This document shows, one piece after another, positions 12,448-26,451 of a stretch of 64,000 nucleotides of DNA. The DNA lies in assembly GCA_000934665.2 (NCBI GenBank), contig KZ538831.1, forward strand, positions 62,001-126,000. Reading direction: 5' to 3'. How positions within the stretch are numbered: the stretch's first letter is position 1; the number at the start of each line of letters is the position of its first letter. The position numbers were made by a program, and so were the translations under genes. This DNA is from Catajapyx aquilonaris (Eukaryota). The notes under the pieces were generated by a model, which was given only the letters and a program-made list of their open reading frames with translations, ran no database searches and had not been told where the DNA came from.

Positions 12448-12653
12448 AGCGTTTTAACCTTGCACTTTATGATAAGAAGGTGCCACTTGGCACATATGTT
12501 CCCTAGGCAGGCCTATAGGAGCAATTCCAGAGTTGCAGGCAACTGATCGGCCCCTTAGGTCACGAGTTATGCGGTGCTGCCAACATGGCCGGGGATGACC
12601 TGAGCGTTTTTAACGTTGCATTTTGTGATAAGAAGGTACCGCTTGGCACATAT
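12448..12653. repeat. Diverged direct repeat of ~50 bp, 155 bp apart
   Basis: AGCGTTTTAACCTTGCACTTTATGATAAGAAGGTGCCACTTGGCACATAT vs AGCGTTTTTAACGTTGCATTTTGTGATAAGAAGGTACCGCTTGGCACATAT. Confidence 0.8.
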
Positions 12654-13488
12654 ACATTTCCTAAATAATTTATTGAATATATTTTATACTGTGTTACCAT
12701 ATCATTGGCTTTAACCCCTTTAAGTCGTTCTTACCATCCAAAGACTGGGATCCCAACGTAACGTTACCTAGAACTTTAACCCAACAATTTTTTAGGTTGT
12801 AGTTTGGCCTACATTGGGTCGGAGCCCAATAGACCCATAAAATACATGGAACATAACCCAACTTGGATAGCTTTTAGAAAGGGTTCATCTAAATTAAAGT
12901 AATCAATACACTGTTTTTGAGCTTCCACTTTTAAAACGCTGTGACAACAATTATTACGTGCAGGTTAGAGCAAGAGCTTATCTGTTACAAAGAGTAAAAA
13001 ATACGTGATAATCCTCTGCTGCGTAAATCAGACAAGTAGAAATGTACGCATTTCCGCAGGCCAATCCACCAAAACGGACCGAAGACTTTCGGTTTTCCCA
13101 AGACGCAATCAACAAAGAAGGATAGCATTTAATTAAGTGGAAAAGCCCCCAGAGACGCTCCATCTTGGCCTCGGCACCTTTTATTGCTTGCCAAGCAAGC
13201 TCGTAGATATCTTCGGAACGTTTTCGACGGACCGAGAAACTTATCTTCCTTTCCCCCCTATTTCCTCCGAGTCCCCCATTCTGTCTTTGAAAATGCTGTT
13301 GCGGGCGCTTTTTACCAAGTAAATGTCGCCAAATCACATTACAACTACTGCTGCCGATGCCATAAATCCTCGATATTTTCTACCACGTTCATGTATATAT
13401 CTGAAACCTTACTTCATCAGTTAGAAAATAATAAATCAGTTCTATTGTTTAGATATAGGGCCCTTGCGTACTCATGTATTACATGTGT

Positions 13489-13693
13489 TGTGAGATCTGA
13501 CCTGCATAGGTCGTCACTCCTGACCCCACAGAGTCACTCCGTGGTCGTGGTCAATAACCGAGGTTTTCAGCAACATAATTTATTGCATCTCTAGCTGTCT
13601 CACGACTGATTATACAACTGAAGCCTCTCCCCAGGTCCTCCACCAACTGCCAACGCGCAACTAACTCCATCTACTGGCTGCAGGGCTGTCATA
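13489..13693 (-). mobile_element. Solo-LTR-like element
   Basis: TGTGAGATCTGACCT..AGGTC..GTGGTCGTGGTC and GCTGTCTCACGACTGATT match the reverse complement of 36725-36931; flanks GTGT/ATGT. Confidence 0.7.
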
Positions 13694-14941
13694 ATGTAAT
13701 CACACTGTTAACTCTAATAGAATGCCTAGCTTATATGTTTTTTTCCATATAATAGTTCTCATGCGACAAATTCTAGGCATTATACAAAGGCATTTCTGAT
13801 GACATACCAGAATTGGAAGGTTTTCCTAGACCTGTTTGCTTCCAAAATGATTTTTGGGACCGAGTTTAGCAGTCGGAAGGTTCTGTACAGTCGGGACCTG
13901 GAGAGAAGCAAAGGCAACTGAAGAAACGCTCCAATTTGATGGGCTTGGCCCGCTTGGGACTCTTTGGAATTGCAACAGGAAGTCCGTCTATTTTCGGCCC
14001 GTGCTGACTAATTTCCTGCCGGGGAATTGATGGATCCGTCAGTGTGTTGATGAGGCTGTGCTCTGTGGCCACCAATTTCGAGGGTTCAGGTGGAAGACCA
14101 CCAGCAAAACAAAAAACAAAAGAGTTGGAGGAGCAGAAGGAGGCTTCCTTCGACAAATTCTTCCTGCATCAGCTACTGCTGAAATCCATTCTCTTCGCAG
14201 ACGGCTTCACTTTGAATGAGCAAGGAGCGGCTGCCTGCTACAGTAGCACAAAGCGAGCTTTCACGAAGCATGAGTAAAGCACTCCCTCCATTAGTGTTAA
14301 GTGTCATCGACTTTGCCAGCTACCCGCTTCAGGAAGCAAATGAAACACGTACGGGCCCATCTGTATACGTGTACTCTCTCTTGGCTACGTTACTTACCCA
14401 TAGACTTTTAGGGGTCTGAGTCTCCTTTCATCCCTCCTTTTCCAAGGATGCTGACATTCATCTTATATGTTTGGGGGTTCCTTGCACTCGAAGCACCTAG
14501 TCACAACGGTAAGGATCGACCTTCATTTCCTTAGTTTGATGGCTCTTTCACATAGGCTGACTAGCCTGTTCTAACGACGGTTCAACTTGTGCTAAACGGA
14601 CTGTGCTTAAGAGTCAGGGGTATGGGGGAGTGATAGTTTTTGCAGTAGAGCACTAATGGGGCGTACGTGTTATTGCCCGGGGGGAAATTATCGTCAGCGT
14701 AATGTACAGGTCGATTTAGTTCATTCCTCCAGTCTAGGCCTATTTGAACAGTTATGTCCAATTAGTAAGGTTAGGAAACAAGCAATTTACTTTGAGAGTG
14801 ACAATTTTAAATATATATATAATTCGAAACGTCGTGATATGAGCGTTCAATATATGAAGATTGCATTCTCCTTATGGACGGGTTCATTTGACTTAAAAAC
14901 TGCAGAAAATTGAATTAACCAACAGCAGGTAAGTTACATGA

Positions 14942-15105
14942 AGCCTTGTTTCCACCGGAATAATTTTTGTTCTGGACAAAATGTAAATTAGTGCCATGTT
15001 TTGTTGATAGGCGATTAATAATAAAGTAATAATAATTTTAAAGTTTGTTTGATTTTGTGTGCTTTAAATTTTGTGCTCAAAAATTATCTCGGTGGAAACA
15101 AGGCT
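14942..15105. mobile_element. Harbinger-like MITE
   Basis: Perfect 16-bp TIR AGCCTTGTTTCCACCG / CGGTGGAAACAAGGCT, AT-rich interior; TSD not clean. Confidence 0.7.
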
Positions 15106-17914
15106 ATACAAAACACATAATTATATTTCGAGTAAAACATGCCTCAGTCTGCAGTTCATACTTCAAATGCTATAGACATCTTGCACGTGCAGTATAATTA
15201 TAGACTAAATCTATTTTGAACGCACACTTGAAAAGCCGGAATGAAATTACGCTCGGCTCGCCGAAAGAACTGCGCACACTCTTGTTCCCAACCCCCATAA
15301 CCTTCATTTAACATTCAGCCGACCTGTCCTTGTGCTAATAATATAGGAATGAAGAACATAGGAAACACAATAAGTTACACCGGAACCTGCGGGTCTCATT
15401 GGCTTTGGGCGGCTACTGCGTACAATATTTTTCTCAGAACTCCTGTTGTAAACAGGATATCAAAACCAAAGCTCTTTCACTCAATTCCACAGCTCTTTGC
15501 AATGTAACTCACCTCCCACGCGCTGTCAAAATAATATACCAGGAAGACCTATAAAGCGCTCTAGAAAGGCAGCAACTACTCAAGAAATCTAACTCTTTGG
15601 AAACATCTAAAGCTCTCCGCAAGAAACGTTACCCTTCCTGCTTACAAAACAGGTACACTCCTTCCGGCGTTGAAAGCTTGCAAAGGAGACAATGATATCA
15701 GCAGATGGTAGAGATGCAGGCAATGCGAATGCAGTTATCTGGTTTCCTAGCTCAACGTGCCTCCCCCCACCCCCACCCTACCCACCCACTCACCCCTCCC
15801 GCAACAAAACCAACATTCTCGAAATCCGAGCAGAGCATGTTGGGAAAATACAACTCGTGATGGAGAGCCCGAGTCCAGTCCCAATTAGAATCCTAAAACA
15901 CAGGCTAAAACAAGTGTATGAGGATGGGATTGGCGGGGAGGAAAGATTTATTGCGCGGTTTACAACGGCCGGAGAATGGAGCCTCAGCTCTCCAAACCCG
16001 AATTGAATGTGCTCAGCAGCCGCGGCGCAGACGACCACCACTATCCAGCATCAGCACACGTAGCCCCAGCTGGCCCCCCCATAGGAAAAAAAAAAAAAAA
16101 CATGTATGGTGACATATAAGCAAAAATGGGGTTTGAAACTTGGGGTGCTCTTCCCTACAATTTCCTCCTGTGTAGGAGCCTCCTAGGAACAGACGTCAAC
16201 TTCCTTCCACCCAAATCATTTATCTCGGCGCAATACGCTGTCAGCATCCGGCTTTTGATAAGAAATTGTGTATAGGAAAATCGAGTCGATTTCTGGAGGA
16301 TAGCACCTCAAGGTGGCAGTTCAGGCTTTACGGTACACTTTGTCACTGCTGCTCGATAAACGCTGCCTCGTATCATTCTGCCATCGCTTTTATAACTAGC
16401 TATGAAAAACGCGAGTGTCAACAAAATACTCTGGAGGATAAATAAAACCCAAAACTAAAGGGTATAGTACGGTTGGAGATGTTCCTGCCTCACTCTTCTT
16501 CCTCCTCCTCCTCCTCTTCTTTTCTTTTGGTGGTCTTCCAGGGTTTTTCGCAGGGACGCAGGCTGCAAGGGCCACATATCAACTCGATTAATCTTAGGCT
16601 TAAGGCTGGCAAAGAGGGCATCTGAGGGAGGGCTAGAGGGGGAGGATGGTAGAGGGGGGGGGGGCAGAAACAAATGTGCGTTTGAGTAGGGCGACTTTGA
16701 GGCCAATCTATTGTGCGGTGATGGTACAGCCACTCAGGGTTCTTCCTAGCCCCCTGAAAAGAGTCGGCTGATTTATGAAGGGCCTGCCCGCCACATAAAA
16801 ACCCCCGTCTGTTTTGTTATGTCCCAGCCTATCCTGCCGTGCAGACCGCCCGCCAGCCTTCAAAGTGGCCAAAGACTGATGATACATCAGCTTGCCTGCT
16901 TCTCTTGCTGGTTGGCTCTCGCGCGACTTTTACTATGCACGACTATTTTCTGCCCCTTCCGTACCACATGGCTTGGTTGGTCAAAATGCTATTTTTGGCT
17001 CACATTTACTGATATTGAAAAATAGCGGTGATAAGTAGCTGCTATTGAAACCATCAGCGATTAGGAGTACAAAATCCACAAAATCGCTGTTATGCGATAT
17101 GGACAAACTGGTGCATAGCGTCCGAAGGAATGCATGTGGTGTAAAACGAATAGCGTGTGACCTTTTTGTCAATATGGTTCGAAATTGACTGTCCGGTATA
17201 CGCTAATTTCGAAGCGCGGCCCAGTCCGTCAGAATAAATAGCCTGTACCAGCAAATCATATTTAGGGCACACGCGTGTATGGTAATGTGAAAGTGTTGAG
17301 CGCTGAAGTGTATTTACACACTGGAAAAGGTTCGGCGTTACCCATGTACTGTATATGCCTGCAGCACTTGTGCCTGGAAATGACTATAACGAGTAGCAGA
17401 GTATAATTATTTAGCGTTTCCCTTTGACTCATGCATTCCTAGATTAGTGTTGCGTTCTGCATAGAAAGGTACATGACTGATTAAATGTCCAGCTTCACAG
17501 GTTTGACAACGCATTCAGCTTTAGCGGCCAGTGCGACGTAATTTGAAGGCATTTTTGTCCACCCCCTTTGGCAACTTTTTGTCCTACCGAATTCCGCTCG
17601 AAAATGGAACGAGTTCAAAACCGCCTTTCTAACTTTTTTTTGGCTAGCTATTCAAACACTGTAGGCCTACATTTTTCACTCATTTGCTGCAACCGATTCC
17701 TCTAAATCCGGCGACAGCAGTTGCTTATGAATTGCAACTTATGGGGCAGCCGAATTACACCCCGAGAGAATTTAAAGCCCCCTAGGTAGCCGTTTATATC
17801 TCCAAAAATATTAAAAGCAGGGTAACAGAAAGTAAACATTTTGCATCAACAATTATAATTCTGACTTGACAGGTACAAAGTACAGCAGGCATGCACTGCT
17901 ATTCTCCCAGAATG

Positions 17915-18431
17915 AGGTCATTATCAAAACCAGGCTATCTCATGTTGACAAAAGTGTGTCAATTTCTGTTAAATTCATATTTTCAATATACAGGGTGTTT
18001 CATCTTTTTTGTCCGAGCAGTTATCGGAAAATTACACGTAGCTGCTACTTTTTAAACAGTAACTTGCAAGCGGTGATTTTTCGGAGGAACCGGGAATATT
18101 CCCTGCGAATCGTAGGTTGAAGGGGCATACGTGCTGCCTGCTGAAAATTGAGGGTCACACATGCCATGGGATGTGTGCCACTCTTTTTCCCCATTCCCTA
18201 TTCCTCCGACAAATCACCGGTTGCAAGTCACTGCTTACAAAGTAGCAGCTACGTGCCATTTTCCGATAACTGTTCGGACAAAATAAGTTGAAACCCCCTG
18301 TATGCAACATTTTCACAACGAGTCCATCTCCCATTGGGCAAAGTCACCTGGACCGTGAAAAGAGTCACCTAAATTCGCACTCCTATTTTTTTGAAGTGTT
18401 CGACTGGATAGCCCGGTTTTGATAATGACCT
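17915..18431. mobile_element. MITE (TIR AGGTCATTATCAAAACC) hosting a nested Tc1-like MITE
   Basis: 23-bp TIRs; interior minus the insert aligns in reverse with 60913-61130. Confidence 0.85.
17991..18300. mobile_element. Tc1/mariner-like MITE (TIR CAGGGTGTTTCA), copy 2
   Basis: TA TSD on both sides, ~100-bp TIRs, homologous to 10722-11032. Confidence 0.9.
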
Positions 18432-19981
18432 ACTCAATTATGTCTACAACCTGAATTTCTTCAAAGAACACATGTATACAAAGGTACGACAAAGAGGATA
18501 AAATTATTTCACAATCCGAATTCCCCTGCTTCAAAAGCTGATGGATTTGGAACATAATAGTCGAAAAACAGCAACACTGCCTGCCAGCGACACAGTATAA
18601 AAATACAATACCGACAGAGTCATGGGTGAGAAAGCTCTATTCCTGTCTTCCGCCATAAAAAAGTACACTTTAAAATCCGGAGACCTGGGATTGTTATTCA
18701 AATAGGCTTCCGATGCAGCGCACGTATCCAAATCGATCATAATAGGCCACTTGCGCGCCGGAATGAAAACCACTCCCATAATGAGTTTTTTCCCTTTACG
18801 AGCCTCTCCACGCTGCCTTTCTTGCTACCATAAAAATGACAATCTCTTTCCTTTTTAGACTTCTCATCCCGTTAGTTGACTCACGTCCTCCCTGTTCTTT
18901 CCTTTCTTCTATTTCACTATCAGCTGAATATGTTTCACCCTTTTGAGGGACTTGAAGTCGAGCATTACATTGTTGCTGAAGGCGTTATGTTTGTCAATTT
19001 ATTTGACCCAGGTAGATCTTGTGTCTATTAAATACAGGATGTGAAATAGTAAATTGCAGAGCTCAGTTAAAGTTGTTAAATACTGTACGTGCATATACAG
19101 GTCAGTATTCGCCAGGTATTTTCAATTAGGACAAAACGTATTTCATCCTAATCAATTTCATCCGTTTTAATACAGTACATGCAAAGCGATAGGCCATATC
19201 TTTCATGTAAAATTAGTTACTCATTTATCTTTTTTACTGAACGTCACAACCACACCTGTTATTTCAGATATGTTACATTATGACACTAGCAGAATTTTAT
19301 GAACTTCCTGAAATGGAAAATACTTTATATTTTCAGAAAAATTAACATAACGAGACAGCATATCCGTGATTAAATGTAAAGTTCTTATGCCAGTGCATTA
19401 TAATGGTAATAATATTATAATTTAATGAATTGGGATCAACATTTTATTATTCTATTTTTAATGATAATTTTGTTGAAAAAACGTACCGTACGTAAAACAT
19501 ATTATGGTACTGTACAGTATGGACGGGAATAGCTTTTGTAGCCCCTGGCTAAATCATTTTATGCAGTAAATTGACAGATGACACGCAAATTATTATAGGA
19601 AATCCTGAGAGCCAATAACCAATTTCCTTTTCTTACAAACCAGTCACTGTGCTAACGCTTGCTAATCATGTTCACGATAAGAAGCGAAACTAGATATGTA
19701 ACTGGAGAAACGTAATCACCTCCACTGCGGATATCATTATATTGGCATACTGCTAGTCACAAAGTTGATCATACTGGAGGAGGAATCGAAGTTATCGAGT
19801 TAATACGCACTGTTTCCACAATTCGCAGTTTTTTTTTGTTTCCTTGTAGTTTCGAGTTATAGCAGTTTGAATTAATATTATATATTAGCTAAATCTCAGC
19901 ATTCGTTTTGGGCTTTAAACTCACATAAGTTACATCCAAAAGGGCAATATATACTTACTGGGTTGAAACCCACGAAACCAT

Positions 19982-20185
19982 TGCGACGTCCCCTCACTAG
20001 ATGGCCTGCGTGCGCCTGCGTGGATCTAGGGGGAAGTGCTTGGCTTTGTATAGGAGAGTCGTGAAACTGCCAGGCTTCGGGCTGGACGTAATAAACTGGG
20101 TTTCTCCGAACCTATGTATTATCGAACCACGACTACGACCCTGAGTGACCTTACGTGGTCAGAGGGATGACCTGAGGAGACAAAT
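19982..20185 (+). mobile_element. Solo-LTR-like element
   Basis: TGCGACGTC..TCACTAGATGGC start, AATAAA at ~20090, ACGACCCTGAG.GACCTT..GGTCAG.GGGATGACCTGAG end, all shared with 29191-29379. Confidence 0.7.
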
Positions 20186-21662
20186 TTGACTAATATTGTT
20201 GTCAAATAATCATCTACCTCCATGAAACAATAAGCAGCTTTTAAAATGACCCAATCCACACTAATCCAAATATTTCTCATCCTAAGCCCCCAAACCCCCA
20301 GTATACCCGTATTGAAACACGAGCTGGTGAATATTTCTGGCATGGGAGTGGGGGGTAAATGTATGTGTCGGGGTGGTATCTAATTCGGAATGCAAGGAGT
20401 AGGTGTGGGCCTGCGTATGTCTTGGGATTAATTCCAGCTGGGTTGGGGTGACAGGGGCAGGCAATCCCCCAAACAAAATTCGGCGGCGTTTGGGCGCGCC
20501 TCGTGCAGCATGAATGGGATGGGTTTCGATTTGCATCCTAATGCCCGCACTTTGCGTTCGGTTTGCCGTAGTTCGGGCCCAACTCCCCGGGATATATGGT
20601 GCGGATAAATAATCCCCGCCCTGCACATTGCCTCTTAAAGTTGCACGCGCCACAAAAGCCGTACCGCCCACCAAACACTTGCTGCCTCCATACACTATAA
20701 TACTCTAGGCCTAGTGGTTATCTCTATGCAAGGTTCAAACATCTTTTTGACACTCTTTATATTTATGTAGGTAGTGGCTTAGAGCAGTCTGCGTGTTGAT
20801 CTTATGTTAATAGATAATGCATGTGATTCGGGCTTCAAGGTAATGTAGGGTGCTTCAAAATAGTGCATGTGCTCTTTGAAGGGTAGGCGGGACAGTGTCA
20901 AGGGGTGAGTTGCACGGGAACGTTTTTCACATTTTTGGAACACCTGAAACCCCGTTATTTCCTAGTAATGCATGGTGAGTTATACTGGATCTCTCAAAGT
21001 TATAGGCATGCAACATTAGCGTACATCATAACCCTATAGGTAATAGGGATTCCAGGTTAATTAGCACCTGGATCCTATACCTCTGGCATTGCCACATGAA
21101 AGGTTGCATGCAACACATAAGAAATTTCCATATAGTGCATAATCAAATCTGAGGTAAATTAATACAGCGCAGGCCAATTTCCCAGGAGAATTAGATACAG
21201 TATAGGGAGTTTGCTCAAATGCCACAAAAAGCGAAAAATTACTCCAAAACACTAGAACCAGGCAGTTACAATCAACAATCTGGGTCACACTCACAGTAAA
21301 TCAGTTTTATAATAAAAACTAATAGCATTTGCCATTATTTACTATCATCAGGAGTCTCTAACCGATTCAGAAGTATCACATAAAATTCTTCGCTTATATA
21401 ACAGCCATTCCCAGACTCCAAAGAGAAGCCAATATTATGATTCCCTCTCCGTGCCTAACGGTTGCCAACGCCCCAAACGGCATAATAAGCAGCACAAATC
21501 ATGTCACCAAATTGGACTACAGTTCCTTCAAAAAAAAAAAATACCATTCCGCGTACTATAGCAGTTTCAGAACAAATGTATTCTGCAGTTTTATTTCTTC
21601 TTTCACCTTGCTAGAGTTCTGTCATATAGTGCCAGAATACAATTTTTTTTGGACACTCACAT

Positions 21663-22042
21663 ATTGTACCCACACTCTTAACCATTTACCTTCTCTAGAG
21701 AGGGTAAGAAAGTGGCAATTTTTTTTACCTTACATTGTAGGGTAAATATTCTTGGGTAAATTGATTCTAAGGTAAATTTTGCATTAGAAAGTAGAGGGTA
21801 AAAAGGGCCTCTTTTTACCCTCTATTTTCTAAGGTAATACATGCAAAATTTACCTTAGAATCAATTTACCCAAGAATATTTACCCTACAATGGAAGGTAA
21901 AAAATGGCCACTTTCTTACCCTCTTTAGAGAAGGTAAATGGTTAAGAGTGCACGCAAGCAGCGCCACATGCGGCCACAAGCATGTTGATTCATACACGCT
22001 TCCACTCTCTCCCGCATGTGGCGCTGCTTACGTGGGTACAAT
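21663..22042. mobile_element. Short palindromic MITE with left arm split by an insertion
   Basis: ATTGTACCCA|CGCAAGCAGCGCCACATGCGG mirrors CCGCATGTGGCGCTGCTTACGTGGGTACAAT. Confidence 0.75.
21673..21950. mobile_element. CMC/CACTA-like foldback MITE
   Basis: CACTCTTAACC...GGTTAAGAGTG termini, ~110-bp near-perfect arms with repeated GGTAAA motifs, 2-bp TSD CA. Confidence 0.85.
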
Positions 22043-25000
22043 GCTATTTTTTTTTCCATCAGTATACCGTACAATACTCACATAGTATACACCAACGTAC
22101 TCCTGAGCCCAAACAGGGTATCTCCGGCTGCCNNNNNNCCCCCCCCCCCCCCCACAATTGAGTAGTGACACTAGCTCTATAGGCCACTACTCACTGGCAC
22201 GGATTACGCTGGGTGTAACTACGGCATGTGCCGGGTTGGAATGGCAGCGGGAATGGCAGCCCTGGCGGCTGACCTCATTAAGGTCCATTAAATGAATGGG
22301 GCAAGCCAGCCGGATAGTGGAGTCTGGCCGGGGATTGTCGGCTTTTGCTTAGCTTTGCCGTTGACGAAAACGAGTTGACCAAATCGGCCCTGATTGACAC
22401 TTGTCCCAATCGAACGGGCTAGCAAATCCCGGACCCCCCTGGTATAAAGAAGCGCGATTAGTTGTCGGCCAAATGAACACCCTTAAGCTCATCTAGACAT
22501 CAATCAGGATGGTTGGAAACTGGGAAGCCCCTGACATGCAAATCTCACCCAATTTTTGTTGTTGTTGTTGTTGCGACTCTTTTTCTCTCACTCAGCAGTA
22601 TTTTTCGATCGACACGATCGCTACCAAACAGATCGGATGACCTCTATATTGCCAGCAAACCCACTAATGCTAAACAGGTAGATTCCGCCCCTTTTCTTCT
22701 TCCCCCCCCCCCTTCCCTTCTCCCTCAGCCAGATGAAATGTCATGCAATTTCTGTTGAATGCCTTTGATGGCAGCTAAATCCCAACTGGGCAACCAATTT
22801 TCTTCCTTTAATATTTGCTTTGGAAAGCGGCACAAAAGAGCAGCAGGAAGAAGAGGCGGCTCTTTTTTCCATCTTATCCCTGCTGCTGCCTGCAGCTCTT
22901 CTTCTTCTGCTCCTTTCCCCTCCCTCCCTCCCTCCCCCTCCCTCCCCAGGAAGGAAGAGAGGACACATGACAGACACAAGGCTCTTGTCTGGGAAGGTTA
23001 AAAGATCTGGTGGACAGAAACAAAAGGAGGATCAAGCAATGAAAAGGGAGTTGAAAAGAAGAAGGGGGGAGGGGGGAGAGGGTGGGGGGGGGGGTTCTTT
23101 TCTCTCCAATATTGTTTTCTCTCTTGATTCTCTCCAATCTTTCCTGATGTGAGGGAGGAACTTGGAAGGTGCAGGCTTGGAATTGGAGATTCATCCTTTT
23201 TTTTTTTAAAAAAAAAAAGAAAAGCACCTGAAAAATATGTGGAAAGATTGAATTACATCCCCNNNNNNNNNNNNNNNNNNNNNNNNNNNNNNNNNNNNNN
23301 NNNNNCCCCCCCCCCCCCCCACCTACACCGGATCTAATTTCCGCCCCCGAGATACACACCAGTGATGCAGAAAATTGCTGTGGGATTCTGGTCTAGAGCC
23401 AGCTGGTTTCCATGGAGATGCTTACACTTACAAGGAGGCTTTGGACGTCTTGAAAGACAAGTGACAATCCGGCCCCAGTCTGCTTCTGGCCTTGGATGGA
23501 TGTCTCAAGCATCCTTCGAAAGGGGCTTGGTGACGGAAACAAAAGGGTAGTATACAATCTGCATTCAGATGGTCCATCACCCACTTTCATTTTTTACCTA
23601 TATAAAAGTCAATCTGTTGGTAAATTTGCACTGTAAAATATGCTAATTGGCTAAATTGTTTGCTTCACGTGAGGTCAAGAATTCCGCATGTCCTTTCCAC
23701 GTCCTGGTTTTTGACCCATTATAACCTGGAGAGGTTGGAATATTTCCTGATATAGGTAAACTGTGCAAAAACAATTTCCAGACTAAATGGCGAACATCGA
23801 CTTCCCCCACCCCCACCCAAATGGTTGGTAGCGGAAATTCGCAAAATGCTGAGGACAGGATACTGCGACAATGCAATTAGGCGTTCGAGGGAGGTCTGGA
23901 CTCTTCAAAAAAAAAAAAGATGGCGGTATATCAGCATCAGCATATAGGCTGATTAATTTGCGTTTTTATGATCATGCATGCACTGTACGTTGCAACATTT
24001 CATTCATCATCTGGTACACATGCTATAATTTATCTGGAACTAGACACTATAAAATCCTGTCCTTAACAACAACAAGCAGGGGCTTACACCAATGTGATTT
24101 CCACCATTTCTGGATTTCGTGAGTAGTTGGGTGTAAACGCTACACAGACAAATTAATCACAATTTACAATGTCGTAAAAGGGCATGTACGGTCACATAAG
24201 TTGGACGTATCAGTGGCATTAAAAAAAACTCCCCGTGACGTCACACTTACAGTGCCATTCAGGCTAAGCACGCACTGGAAGTGAAATTGGCATTTTTACC
24301 TCCAAATGAGGCCTTACGTGCAGCAATTGCCTTGATTAGATGCATTAAAATGCTGTTACACAAGCCCAAATGTTCAAAGAGGGAAATGCAGATGGCGAAA
24401 GCTGGAATTTCTAAGAGATCGTTATAGTCTTTTCAATGAACTGTAGAAATATCAGATAATTGTGATGTGTATGTTACGTCACGCTGGATTGACGTCAATG
24501 CGACTGGCTCGTGTGACCGTTCATGACATTGGGACAGTGCTTTACAGTTGGACATATTTCAGGTCTTCTATAGCTGTATTCCGATCATGCACTGCAGGTC
24601 TGTCGTAGCAAATATGGGCACTGCCATCCTGTTCTTTTGACGTCTAAAGCCCTGAAGTTGAACCCCCCCCCCCCCCCCCTCGGAACCGAGGGGGTCTGGT
24701 TCTAGATCCGGGCTTGAAGGTACGATTGCAATCTGGTCGTCGGAGTATTTTTGGGGGGCTGTGAGCGAGGTGTCTTCCTCCAGATTACAAGCCACGTATG
24801 AGATTTCCAGGAAAAGCAGTGCCGTGTCCTGTGTGCGTTTTGAAACCCCCGCGGTTTTTTTCTTTCCTGGAAGTTTGAGGCCACCCCCCCCCCCACCCTC
24901 TATCCTACCACCCCAAATCAAACGGAATGATCTTTGTCGTCGGCCTGTCCGGCAGAATACAAACCCCGGTCTCACACGCCATGCAACAGGGACCTGCCTA

Positions 25001-25274
25001 CCTAACCAACCCATTTAGCCAGAATGACCGCTGCTATTTTTACGCATGGCGAGAAGATTAACTGTTATTGCTTGTCACTTGAAATTCCCCTGATGTAGAT
25101 TGATAGGCCTTCATCACGGGACTCAATGGCTCAAATTTTTTTTTCTGTAGGAGGTGGTAGGAGGTAATGCCACGCGCCGTTTTAGACTGTTAAGTTGGGT
25201 TCAACCGAAGAAAAATTTATGAAATGTCTACATTCGGCACATATAACCGATAAAATTGGGAATGACCAATTTTG

Positions 25275-25717
25275 TTTTGAAGTTTTACCCCATTAGAGGG
25301 AACAGAGCCCTTTTAGGGGGGTGGGTTACCACCATTTTTTCTTCCGAAATTTTCAGCGCATTTTTCTCTCCGGTGCAGGGGTCAGGATAGAGATTTGTGA
25401 GGGGGGGGGGGGGTACGGGTGCAAGTGCGATGTCCGAAATTTGGGGGTCATGTGCAGTCCCCCAGGGGGCCAAGCTTCAAGGTGCGGGTCAGAAAGCCCC
25501 CACCGACACCGCACCTCCTCCAGGACAGGACAAGGATGGGAAAGGAAGGAAGCGGCTGTGGCCTATTTTACGGTACGATCCCGGAAATTTTCCTGGGGAG
25601 ACCTTGGAAAACCACAGAAAACCACAGGACCGCCGGCCTCCGGGACTCGAACCCAGGACCTCCCGATTAGCAGTCGGATACCATATCCACTCCACCACTA
25701 CTGCTTCGGTTATAAGC
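25275..25717 (-). mobile_element. Chimeric tRNA-derived SINE (family B head/core + family C body)
   Basis: Family B head and core 25540-25717; 25329-25510 aligns with 49579-49756; approximate TSD TGACCAATTTTG / TGACCAAATTTG. Confidence 0.8.
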
Positions 25718-25729
25718 TGACCAAATTTG

Positions 25730-25990
25730 GCCTAACTTTCCTACCCAGCTGATACACACCTATCCTTCAACGGATACATGCTTATCCTTCAGGGGATATA
25801 CACCTATCCTTCAGCGGATACATGCTTATCCTTCAGCGGATACACCCCTATTCTTCAGCGGATACACACCTATCCTTCAGCGGATACACACCTATCCTTC
25901 AGCGGATACACCCCTATCCTTCAGCGGATACAAGCCTTTAAAAGTAGGTAAAAGTGCAGCGTCTCCCGAAGTGAAAGAGCAGCCGAAAAT
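25730..25990 (+). mobile_element. Minisatellite-carrying element (Helentron/HINE-like), 8 x 22 bp TATCCTTCAGCGGATACACACC
   Basis: Units at 25761-25915 with 22-bp period; flanks CCTAACTTTCC and AAAGTAGGTAAAAGTG shared with 30826-30970 and 35030-35410; superfamily is inference. Confidence 0.7.
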
Positions 25991-26395
25991 TGAATATTGT
26001 CACCAAAACATCTCCTATTACTAAAATTTTGCACACAAAAAAAAACCCTGACACCCATTTTTTTTTAAACAAACATGTGTGTGTGTGGGTGTGTCAAGGT
26101 ACACCGTCTGACGAGCTGCCTGCCTTATTTTTCCATGCTGATCCACAGCTTGTGTAGCCCGGGGATGAAGGATAAGGCGAATGATGCTCAGTAGGCAAAG
26201 TGGATTTTTGGAGAGATGGGTGTGGGGGGGGNNNNNNNNNNNNNNNNNNNNNNNNNNNNNNNNNNNNNNNNNNNNNNNNNNNNNNNNNNNNNNNNNNNNN
26301 NNNNNNNNNNNNNNNNNNNNNNNNNNNNNNNNNNNNNNNNNNNNNNNNNNNNNNNNNNNNNNNNNNNNNNNNNNNNNNNNNNNNNNNNNNNNNNN

Positions 26396-26447
<52 letters not shown>
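26396..26447. repeat. (GA)n microsatellite next to an assembly gap
   Basis: Pure GA run following the N gap 26232-26395. Confidence 0.95.

Positions 26448-26451
<4 letters not shown>

Noticed and set aside
13866..14419. Stop-poor stretch that might be an exon or LINE fragment
   Set aside because: No recognisable motif in the frames I read and no clear splice pair; a small exon cannot be excluded without RNA-seq or BLASTX
25751..25932. CRISPR-like appearance of the regular repeats (also 1418, 35088, 52889)
   Set aside because: Head-to-tail units with no unique spacers, no cas genes, eukaryotic context
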